A DNA stretch of 64,000 nucleotides, from contig AP024664.1 of assembly GCA_024346625.1 (NCBI GenBank), positions 2,790,001 through 2,854,000 on the forward strand. Reading direction: 5' to 3'. A model generated the notes under the pieces. It was not told the DNA's origin. It saw only the letters and a program-made list of their open reading frames with translations, and searched no databases. This DNA is from Williopsis jadinii. Taxonomy: Eukaryota. Below, in pieces: positions 55,611-64,000 of the stretch; the first letter of the stretch is position 1; every line of letters begins with the position of its first letter. A program made the translations under genes and the position numbers.

Positions 55611-56590
55611 GAAACGCCACCTGGCGACTACATAGAACTATAATGAAGACCGTGTGTGTATTTTCTCCTTGTTCTAAAACATCCATTCACCCTCCCACAC
55701 ACCCATGCCCCTCCACCGAGGTCATGTACAGAATGCCCTTACACACCTTTGCACCCTCCTAGCCAAAGGGCTCCACAACCCACGGGGCGCTTGACAATTT
55801 GCCGAGCAGCGAGTTGTCCCTGATTGGTGTTTTTACTTGGGACATACAACGAGCGCTACCGGGTGCAAACACAGAGAACACAAGGCCCAAGCGTGCGTGC
55901 GCCTGTACGGATCGGTAAACTGTCGCATATTCACAGTAGGCATAGTGGGCGAATTTTTTGTTTTTTTCAATTTTTCAACGATTTTTTTCTGTTGCCTAAC
56001 TGATAAGGAACCTCGGGCGTCTACGCACAATGGCTGTGAATATGGTGCTTGGAGCATTTTCACCTACGTGGTCACCTCATATTTCCCCCATGGTCAAAGC
56101 CCTTCGTTGCTTTTCTGCGGTTGAACCACCTTTGGAATGAGCACCTGGCCAGGCACGGAAAGCCAAATCCCAATCCAGCGTAGCCAGAACAGTCGGTGAT
56201 TATTAAAACTGTGATTTTCCCCACAGTAATCAGCTGTCTTTGCCAGCGGAAGTTTGCTCGATATTTTCCTGAGCAGAGGGGAGCTGTTGCGGGACCCAAC
56301 TGCCTTTTTCGGTTAATCCCACAAGCTTTCCCACCGGGCAGTGGGCGAAAAGCACATACAGGCCACTGCTTTCGATTACGAAATTGTGGAACGTGATAGG
56401 CTGAAGGGCGAAACTCTGGCACGCTGTGCAAACCTTGCACATTGCTCCATTGTAGCAGTGACGTGACGTATATAACAGAGCCAATTTGCCCCAGATTGTC
56501 TCCAATTTACCTCATGCTTGGAATCTTTTTCTCCTTCTCCTCTCTCCCAAAGAACCCTTATCGTGCTTTGTTATACGTAAAGTGCGAGCA

Positions 56591-58108
56591 ATGTCTGACA
56601 ACAAGAAGCCAACAGTCACAACCTCCCAAGGTTACCCAATCCCATACCCTTTTGAAACACAGAGGGTTGGTGAGCACGGGCCACTGCTGCTCCAGGATTT
56701 CAACTTGATTGACTCCCTTGCCCACTTTGACAGGGAGAGAATCCCAGAGAGAGTTGTCCACGCAAAGGGCTCTGGTGCCTACGGCCATTTTGAAGTTACC
56801 GATGACATCACGGACATTTGTGGGTCCGCGTTCCTCGACACCGTGGGGAAGAAGACCAAGACATTTGTGAGATTCTCTACTGTTGGTGGAGAAGCTGGTT
56901 CTGCCGACGCTGCGAGAGACCCAAGAGGGTTTGCCATCAAGTTCTACACCGAGGAGGGCAACTTGGACTGGGTGTACAACAACACGCCTGTGTTCTTCAT
57001 CAGAGACCCGATCAAGTTTCCGCACTTCATTCACACGCAGAAGAGAAACCCTCAGACGCATTTGAAGGATGCCAACATGTTTTGGGACTACATGACCCAA
57101 AACCAGGAGTCTGTTCACCAGTTCATGGTTCTGTTCTCTGATAGGGGTACGCCAGCAACGTTCAGAAACATGAATGGTTACTCCGGCCACACTTACAAGT
57201 GGTCGAACAAGAAGGGCGAGTGGTTCTACGTGCAAGTGCACTTGATCACTGACCAAGGCATCAAGAACTTGAACAATGAGGAGGCTGGCAAGATGAGCGG
57301 TGAGAACCCAGACCATGCGCAGGAGGACCTGTTCAACTCCATTGCGAAGGGTGATTTCCCATCCTGGACTGTCTATATCCAAGTTATGACTGAGGCACAG
57401 GCCAAGGAGTTGCCATTCTCCGTGTTTGACTTGACCAAGGTGTGGTCCCACAAGGACTTCCCACTGCGTCGTGTCGGTAAACTGACTTTGAACGAGAACC
57501 CACAGAACTACTTTGCTGAGGTTGAACAGGCTGCCTTCTCCCCATCCCACACTGTCCCATACCAAGAGGCGTCTGCTGATCCGGTGTTGCAATCCCGTCT
57601 GTTCTCCTACCCAGATACTCACAGACACAGATTGGGTACAAACTACGCTCAAATCCCTGTCAACTGTCCTTACGCAAAGACTTTCAACCCAGTCATCCGT
57701 GACGGTCCTATGTGTATCAATGGTAACTACGGTGCAGCACCAAACTACATTTCCACCCTGGAGAACCCTGTTGAGTACAAGACCCAGTCCAACTTCAACT
57801 ACCAGGCAAACCAGGAGACATGGCAAGGCCCTGCACTGCCATACCACTGGAAAGTTGGTGGTGACATCGACTATGCCCAAGCTAGGGCACTTTATCAAAA
57901 TGTTTTGTCTAAACAACCTGGCCAACAGAGGAACTTGGCTCACAACATTGCAGTCCACGTTGCCAATGCTGTTCCTGTGATCCAGGACCGTGTCTTTGAC
58001 GTTTTTGCTAAGGTTGATCCAAAATTGAGCAATGACATCAAGACTGAGGTTTTGCAGTTGTCTCCACGCTCAAAGGGCCAAGGTCAATGTCCTTACCAGA
58101 AGCTCTGA
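56591..58108 (+). CDS. CTA1: Heme catalase (catalase A type, probably peroxisomal)
   Basis: FDRERIPERVVHAKG, VYNNTPVFFIRD, RLFSYPDTH. ATG 56591; ends QKL. Confidence 0.93.
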   Translation: MSDNKKPTVTTSQGYPIPYPFETQRVGEHGPLLLQDFNLIDSLAHFDRERIPERVVHAKGSGAYGHFEVTDDITDICGSAFLDTVGKKTKTFVRFSTVGGEAGSADAARDPRGFAIKFYTEEGNLDWVYNNTPVFFIRDPIKFPHFIHTQKRNPQTHLKDANMFWDYMTQNQESVHQFMVLFSDRGTPATFRNMNGYSGHTYKWSNKKGEWFYVQVHLITDQGIKNLNNEEAGKMSGENPDHAQEDLFNSIAKGDFPSWTVYIQVMTEAQAKELPFSVFDLTKVWSHKDFPLRRVGKLTLNENPQNYFAEVEQAAFSPSHTVPYQEASADPVLQSRLFSYPDTHRHRLGTNYAQIPVNCPYAKTFNPVIRDGPMCINGNYGAAPNYISTLENPVEYKTQSNFNYQANQETWQGPALPYHWKVGGDIDYAQARALYQNVLSKQPGQQRNLAHNIAVHVANAVPVIQDRVFDVFAKVDPKLSNDIKTEVLQLSPRSKGQGQCPYQKL

Positions 58109-58162
58109 AGAGATTTTAATAACACAGTCTGCGACTAAACTATATATAATACGCTTATTCCA

Positions 58163-59055
58163 TTCATTAAAATGTGCCATTTTCAGCCCCTTAGAAAGTC
58201 CAGGAGACAGCAAAAAGGTAGTGATTTCTTTAGAGGAGCATGAACGCACTCCATGTGTGTATGTGTGAGATGCGGTAAGACAGTTGATGAGGATGTTGCA
58301 CTCGACGTTGACGTTGTGATCTTCGGGGTTCAGCTTAATGTTTCCAGTCATATTGATGTCACAATATATCTTTCACTAACAGTAGGATCTATAGTGTTCC
58401 ATTCGCACGGTGTGGTTAGTGGAATAGTTGATATGATAATGACAATGAGAATAATCTTAATAACAATATAATTCAGGGATATAATAGATGAAGGTTAAGC
58501 ACTAGGAACTTTATAAAGAAGAAATACGATGATTCAAGGAGTGCCTTTGAAATCATTGTAGAGAAACCACTGGAATCTTGAGGGTTCATGTTTCATCTTG
58601 TTTTCACATCCCAAAAAGGATGTGATAATTGTAAAATGTTACATTAAATCACAGCTGATATAACTCAGTGATAAATCCGGAAATCGAGTCCGGAGGTCGA
58701 ATATCACAGCAAAGTGGTAGAGACACACTTCTTTCAGCTCTGTGAAACTACGCGTGGTGATCGGATGGTCTTCACTGGGCTCATGATGAGCACAACGTCT
58801 GATCCCCTCCGGACTAAATTGTAAACAATACGAGAGAGATAAGGAGCTTCTCAAATGTCCGTTGTATACTTCATAGAATTTTCCCTGTAGTAAGGGCTTG
58901 AACTGCCCATATCGGACAACTTTCCTGCCAGTAAATCAGTTTTGCTGTCATTTTGCTGTGCCTTTTCGTGCCCCGACCACAGCTTCACATTTGGCGCAAA
59001 AGTCTACAAAAGTCTACAAAAGGGCACCTTTTTGAGCAACAGTTGTGGCCCTTCT
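58163..59055 (-). mobile_element. Degenerate Fanzor/TnpB transposon relic, copy 2 (inverted)
   Basis: Reverse complement matches the copy 1 left ~350 bp and right ~150 bp. Decayed RuvC-III remnant DHNVNVECNILINCLTAS at 58268-58321. Confidence 0.78.
58357..58643. mobile_element. Possible solo LTR nested in copy 2
   Basis: 287-bp AT-rich block absent from copy 1, bounded by TGTCAC...GTTACA, with an internal TATAAAG; no clean TSD. Confidence 0.3.
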
Positions 59056-59132
59056 AATCGATAAGAGATATATCGGTAGTGAAGTAACAATAAAAAAGGT
59101 ACGTGCGGGTCAATTGATGGATAAAAAGCACC

Positions 59133-62100
59133 ATGAGACTGTTGCTATTAGCTTTGACATCCCTTGTGACAGGTGCGCTATCTACTCAAGAGCAAGCACG
59201 ACTTAGTGAAGGCGAGGTGGACGGAAGGTGTGTTGTCTATGACCACTGTGGAAAGAGGTCTTTATTTGGGGCAGATTTGCCCTGTTCAGTTGATATCCCC
59301 CCGCAGCCGGTAACAGATGATGATATCCAAGAATTGGTTGGTATATGTGGTGATGAGTGGAATGGCAAGTCGCTTCTGTGCTGTAACACGTATCAGATAG
59401 ACCAATTGAAGGAAAACCTCAAGAAAGTCGATACCCTGATATCGTCATGTCCCGCATGTCACAAGAATTTTAAGAACCTATTCTGTCAGTTTACATGTTC
59501 AAATCATCAAGCGGACTTTATCACAGTGACAAAGGCATCAACAAGTCTCGAAGGGAAACAGGTTGTCACGGAATTGGAATTCCGTATAGGCGAGCAAATG
59601 GCCAACGACTTTTACGATTCCTGTAAGGATATCAAGTTCTCTGCAACCAATGGATATGCTATGGACCTCATTGGTGGAGGAGCAAAGAACTATACACAGT
59701 TCTTGAAGTTTTTAGGTGATGAAAAGCCACAGCTCGGTGGCTCACCTTTCCAAATGAATTTCAAGTACTCAAACGGATCCTCGAGTGGTTCTCTCAATCA
59801 AAAGCAGTACAGCTGTGGTGACGGTATTTACAAGTGCTCATGCTCTGACTGTCCCAGCACTTGTCCCACACTGGACGATGTCAAACAAAGAACATGTAGA
59901 GTTGGTGTGCTACCGTGCTTTTCGTTCTCTGTGATTATAGTGTATTCCGTGTTGTTACTGGTGACGGTGGGGTTCTTTGGCTACAAGTTTAGCACTAAAA
60001 AGAGACAACTGTTACTGGAATCTCCATACCTGAGACCGGCAACTTTGGATTTACCTGAATTGGTGAACCGGAATGAGGTGTACTCTCTGAACAATGCACT
60101 GGAAGTCCTTTTCGGAAGATTAGCATTCTACTGTTCGACATACCCTGCCACGGTACTTGCACTCACTATTGTTCTCACTGGTACACTATCCTCATGTATC
60201 TATTTCTTTGGTGAGCTGGAGAAAGATCCAATCAACCTATGGGTAAGCAATAGTGCTGAGGCTTACAAAGAGAAGCAATTTTTCGATGATACTTTTGGGC
60301 CTTTCTATAGAGCTGAACAGATCTTTATTGTTGATGAAACTGGTGTCTTGAAAGACAAAACAGTTAAATGGTGGTCGAAAATCGAGCAAGAGATCACCAG
60401 TATTATTGTCGATGATATCACGTTGAATGATTTGTGTTTCAAGCCATTCGACGAATCTCCTTGTGTGATTGAATCCTTTACCCAGTACTTTGGCGGAGCC
60501 GTACCAAAGGATTGGAAATCAAAGCTACGTGGATGTACAGAATCACCAGTTACCTGCTTACCTCCTTTCCAACAGCCTTTGAATAAAGAGTTGTTGTTTG
60601 GTGGGTACAACGAAAGTGATATTCTAACTGCAAAGTCGATCTCCGTAACACTGTTGTTGAATAATCATGTTGGTGATAATGAAAATACGACTAAATGGGA
60701 AAATGCACTGGAGTCATATTTGCTGAAGTTGGAGCCCCCTGAAGGTGTAAGAATCAGCTTCAGTACAGAACCCTCTCTCGAATCAGAGCTTAACAAGTCG
60801 ACGAATACGGATGCCAAGATCATTATTCTTTCTTATCTTGTGATGTTTATATACGCATCCATTTCCTTGGGTGGGAGCTTCAACATTTTGAAGACAAGAT
60901 TCTCCTTGGGCTTGTCAGGTATAATCATCGTATTGTTATCAGTTACATCCTCTGCTGGATTCTTTTCTTTAATCGGGGTCAAATCAACTCTGATCATTGC
61001 AGAGGTCATCCCATTTCTGATACTCGCTGTTGGTGTTGATAATATCTTCCTGATAACACATGAGCTGAAAGGAATAAACTACTCGTATCCAAATGAGTCT
61101 GTGCCTTTCAGAATCTCCAAAGCCGTTGGTAGAATGGGTCCATCTATCTTGCTGTCTGCTACATCGCAGTTCTTAACGTTTTCACTCGCTGCATTTGTAT
61201 CAATGCCTGCTGTGAGGAACTTTGCTATGTACTCTGCTGGTGCAGTCCTGTTCAACATCTTACTCCAACTTACGGCATTTATTTCCCTGCTTTCACTAGA
61301 CCAGCAGAGAATAGACTCTGGAAGATTAGACTGCTTCCCATGCCTAAAAGTTCAAAGGTCCATCAGACTGGACGAAGTTTCCCAGCTGTTTGAATCGGAA
61401 AATGAATCTCATTTCTTTGATAAGCTATTGAGCAGTTTTGCTCCATGGATTCTGAGGAGAAAGGAGGTGATAGTGTCAATGTTTGTCTTATGGACCGGTG
61501 TCTCCTTATCATTCTTGCCCGGTATAAAATTCGGACTGGACCAGAGAATTGCTATCCCATCGGACTCTTATCTCATTGACTATTTCAACGATATTTACCA
61601 GTACTTAAACGTTGGTCCACCAGTTTACTTTGTTGTTGATGGCGTGAACGTGACGGATCGTAAAGTCCAGCAGACACTGTGCGGGAAGTTCACTACATGT
61701 GATGAATTCTCTCTGGCTAACATATTGCAGCAAGAGTTAAATCGCTCAGATATATCCACCATAAACCAACCAGTGGCATCATGGCTCGATGATTACTTGA
61801 CGTTTTTGAACCCTCAACTCGACGACTGCTGTCGTTTCAAGAAAGGCACGGATGACATTTGTCCACCATATGCTCCGTCTCGTCAATGTGAGACATGCTT
61901 CTACAACAAAACCTGGGATTATTCGATGAAGGGATTCCCTCAAGGTGAAGAATTTATGAAGTACTTTGATATTTGGATCGACGCACCTAGTGACCCATGT
62001 CCACTCGGTGGTAAGGCTCCGTATTCCAGTGCAGTCTCGTATGATAATGAAAGCATATTGGCCTCTACTTTTAGAACTGGTCACGTACCTTTGAGATCTC

Positions 62101-62792
62101 AAGACGATTTCATTCATGCCTATAAGGAATCACTCAGAATAACGAAAGAGTTGAAACAAGCCACCGGACATGATGGCATCTTTGCATATTCTCCGTTTTA
62201 TATCTTCTTTGTGCAGTATACGACGATCGTCAGGCTGACTTTCACGTTGATCTCTGTTGCACTAGCGATCATTCTCTTGAACTCAATCATACTTTTGGGC
62301 TCCGTCAGATCGTCATTGGCATTGGTGATTACCGTGGTGATGATCTTGATCAACATTGCTGGTGTCATGTCAATCTGGTCCATCTCACTGAACGCTGTGA
62401 GCCTTGTGAATCTGGTGATATGCATTGGACTCGCAGTAGAATTCTGTGTGCATATCACGAGGGCCTTCATTGTCTCTGATAAGGATAACAGGCTTTCCAA
62501 CGTCAATTTCAGAGCATTCAACGCAATAACAGGTGTTGGGGGCGCCGTCCTCGGGGGAATCTGCACTACAAAGCTCATTGGTGTCATCGTCCTGGCCTTC
62601 ACAAAGTCTAAGATCTTTGAAGTGTACTATTTTAGAATGTGGTTATCCCTTGTGGTTATCGCATCTCTTCACGCACTGGTGTTCTTGCCGGTGCTGCTCT
62701 CACTATTTGGAGGTAAACGCTATATATTCTCCGAGAACAGCTCTGGAATTGCTGATGATCTTGCTAACCGTTTAACTGAGCTGGCTCAATGA
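59133..62792 (+). CDS. NCR1: Niemann-Pick C1-related vacuolar sterol transporter
   Basis: Signal peptide, Cys-rich NPC1 N-terminal domain (SSCPACHKNF...FTCS), sterol-sensing domain (EVIPFLILAVGVDNIF), GLAVEFCVHI. Confidence 0.95.
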   Translation: MRLLLLALTSLVTGALSTQEQARLSEGEVDGRCVVYDHCGKRSLFGADLPCSVDIPPQPVTDDDIQELVGICGDEWNGKSLLCCNTYQIDQLKENLKKVDTLISSCPACHKNFKNLFCQFTCSNHQADFITVTKASTSLEGKQVVTELEFRIGEQMANDFYDSCKDIKFSATNGYAMDLIGGGAKNYTQFLKFLGDEKPQLGGSPFQMNFKYSNGSSSGSLNQKQYSCGDGIYKCSCSDCPSTCPTLDDVKQRTCRVGVLPCFSFSVIIVYSVLLLVTVGFFGYKFSTKKRQLLLESPYLRPATLDLPELVNRNEVYSLNNALEVLFGRLAFYCSTYPATVLALTIVLTGTLSSCIYFFGELEKDPINLWVSNSAEAYKEKQFFDDTFGPFYRAEQIFIVDETGVLKDKTVKWWSKIEQEITSIIVDDITLNDLCFKPFDESPCVIESFTQYFGGAVPKDWKSKLRGCTESPVTCLPPFQQPLNKELLFGGYNESDILTAKSISVTLLLNNHVGDNENTTKWENALESYLLKLEPPEGVRISFSTEPSLESELNKSTNTDAKIIILSYLVMFIYASISLGGSFNILKTRFSLGLSGIIIVLLSVTSSAGFFSLIGVKSTLIIAEVIPFLILAVGVDNIFLITHELKGINYSYPNESVPFRISKAVGRMGPSILLSATSQFLTFSLAAFVSMPAVRNFAMYSAGAVLFNILLQLTAFISLLSLDQQRIDSGRLDCFPCLKVQRSIRLDEVSQLFESENESHFFDKLLSSFAPWILRRKEVIVSMFVLWTGVSLSFLPGIKFGLDQRIAIPSDSYLIDYFNDIYQYLNVGPPVYFVVDGVNVTDRKVQQTLCGKFTTCDEFSLANILQQELNRSDISTINQPVASWLDDYLTFLNPQLDDCCRFKKGTDDICPPYAPSRQCETCFYNKTWDYSMKGFPQGEEFMKYFDIWIDAPSDPCPLGGKAPYSSAVSYDNESILASTFRTGHVPLRSQDDFIHAYKESLRITKELKQATGHDGIFAYSPFYIFFVQYTTIVRLTFTLISVALAIILLNSIILLGSVRSSLALVITVVMILINIAGVMSIWSISLNAVSLVNLVICIGLAVEFCVHITRAFIVSDKDNRLSNVNFRAFNAITGVGGAVLGGICTTKLIGVIVLAFTKSKIFEVYYFRMWLSLVVIASLHALVFLPVLLSLFGGKRYIFSENSSGIADDLANRLTELAQ

Positions 62793-63044
62793 AATTGTTA
62801 GCTATTAGAGGAGAAGAAGTACATGGTTGATTCGTAAAGGTTGTGTTTTGTAGTAAATTGTTTTGATGATTGAGCCTAACACCCTGCCAGGCCGTGGCTC
62901 CCCGTCTAGGCTGGTGAAGAGAAAAAAAACCCCAAGAGATCGAGGTGAAAGTAAAAAATTCATCGGCAGTAAATTGAGTGGAAAGAGCCGACGTTGATTC
63001 GCTTAAAAACCAACAGCAACAGTCGTGAACTAAGGAAGTCCCCG

Positions 63045-64000
63045 ATGTCTCTGATAAAGGCAGTGGGTGACTACGTGAAGGTGTGTCGAGAACACAATCT
63101 GTTTGTGACAAGACGGCCCCGAGTACAAATCAAACAACTTCTGCCATCGGCCAGCGCAGTACGAAGAGACGTACAGGCGTCGAAGAAAGAAGCACATGGT
63201 CATGAAGATCCAGAGCTTTGGAGACTTGTGAGTAAAGGCTCACAGTTTCAGCAAAATATAGTCAGGGAATCTTTGAAACCCCTTGGATTCCCAGTGCTTC
63301 GTCGAAGCCAGGAAAGACGTCAGAGAGATCACACACTGGATCATGTCCAATACACTGATGGGGAATCTACAGGCAAAGGGGAGTTCGAAAGGGGAATTAT
63401 ACACACTCTAGATGGACAAGCTGTGGCACAGATCATCTCGACCCTTGTGGAAATCACCCCGAGGGGAAATACACCAGACGATGTATCTCCTCTATCGACT
63501 AGAGATGCACATCTGATCTTTAAAGCACCCAAGCATGTCTACACAGAGATTCCACCTATACCCAATTTCTCTGAGTATCCGGAACAGTTTGAAGATTACA
63601 TCTATAGAATCACACACTCCACTTTCCACCATAAACAGTCTTCCAAATTCAACGGGATTATACCCAAGATGCTGAGAAATATGTTCCACCCGTTGAATTC
63701 GAATACGTTGAACATACGTACTGCAGATTCGTTCAATTACGTTATACATTACTTTGTAAAGAAGTGGGACATCGCAACTTGTCGTGAGCTCATAGTCCAG
63801 ATGAAAGCTGAACATAAGACGCCGACCACTACGACGTATAACATCATGCTGAATGCATTGAAGACTTTACAGAACATTATTCATAAGAGCGATCCATACA
63901 AGATTGCTCTCAAGCACCTAACGCAGATGAAACGATACAACTTGAAAGCAGATGTTGTCACGTGGAATATCGTCTTTAACATACTGAGAGACGATCCCAG
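63045..64000 (+). CDS. AEP3: Mitochondrial PPR protein Aep3, 5' part; runs off the window edge
   Basis: Open frame from ATG 63045 (not in the track): EIPPIP, FEDYIYRIT, NGIIPKML, PPR-like TTTYNIML and ADVVTWN; adjacent to NCR1 as in S. cerevisiae. Confidence 0.75.
   Translation, partial: MSLIKAVGDYVKVCREHNLFVTRRPRVQIKQLLPSASAVRRDVQASKKEAHGHEDPELWRLVSKGSQFQQNIVRESLKPLGFPVLRRSQERRQRDHTLDHVQYTDGESTGKGEFERGIIHTLDGQAVAQIISTLVEITPRGNTPDDVSPLSTRDAHLIFKAPKHVYTEIPPIPNFSEYPEQFEDYIYRITHSTFHHKQSSKFNGIIPKMLRNMFHPLNSNTLNIRTADSFNYVIHYFVKKWDIATCRELIVQMKAEHKTPTTTTYNIMLNALKTLQNIIHKSDPYKIALKHLTQMKRYNLKADVVTWNIVFNILRDDP

Noticed and set aside
56558..57958. 466-aa ORF antisense to catalase
   Set aside because: Same codon-bias artefact; the sense gene is unambiguous.

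Overview
A gene-dense 64 kb segment of a budding-yeast (Saccharomycotina) nuclear chromosome. Gene order and GTGAGT/GTATGT-TACTAAC introns suggest a pre-WGD yeast, possibly Cyberlindnera/Wickerhamomyces-like (inference). Gene order: VPS15 (partial), SMK1, JID1, ARO7, YMC carrier A, MNN10, EOS1, YMC carrier B, YMR226C-like SDR, SAL1, REV7, PMS1, SWS2, STU1, IDP1, a spliced 94-aa INA17-like gene missed by the ORF track, ATP10, CCW14, SWI4, KAP123, ALG3, FLO8, NUP170/157, YBL081W-like, GLE2, a CLC transporter, catalase, NCR1, AEP3 (partial). The standout is a pair of related, inverted, internally deleted transposon relics (49238-50022 + and 58163-59055 -). They carry the C-terminus of a Fanzor/TnpB RNA-guided nuclease (TEEYTSKTC...DRDINSARNI), a conserved ~100-nt 3' non-coding tract where an omega-RNA scaffold is expected, and matching subterminal hairpins with a compensatory base change. 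Other points: a NUP170 start codon that exists only after splicing (A|TG), several hidden first exons, a duplicated carrier lacking a substrate-contact residue, and a tRNA-like Pol III promoter element. All gene names come from recognising motifs and synteny by eye; no database search was run.
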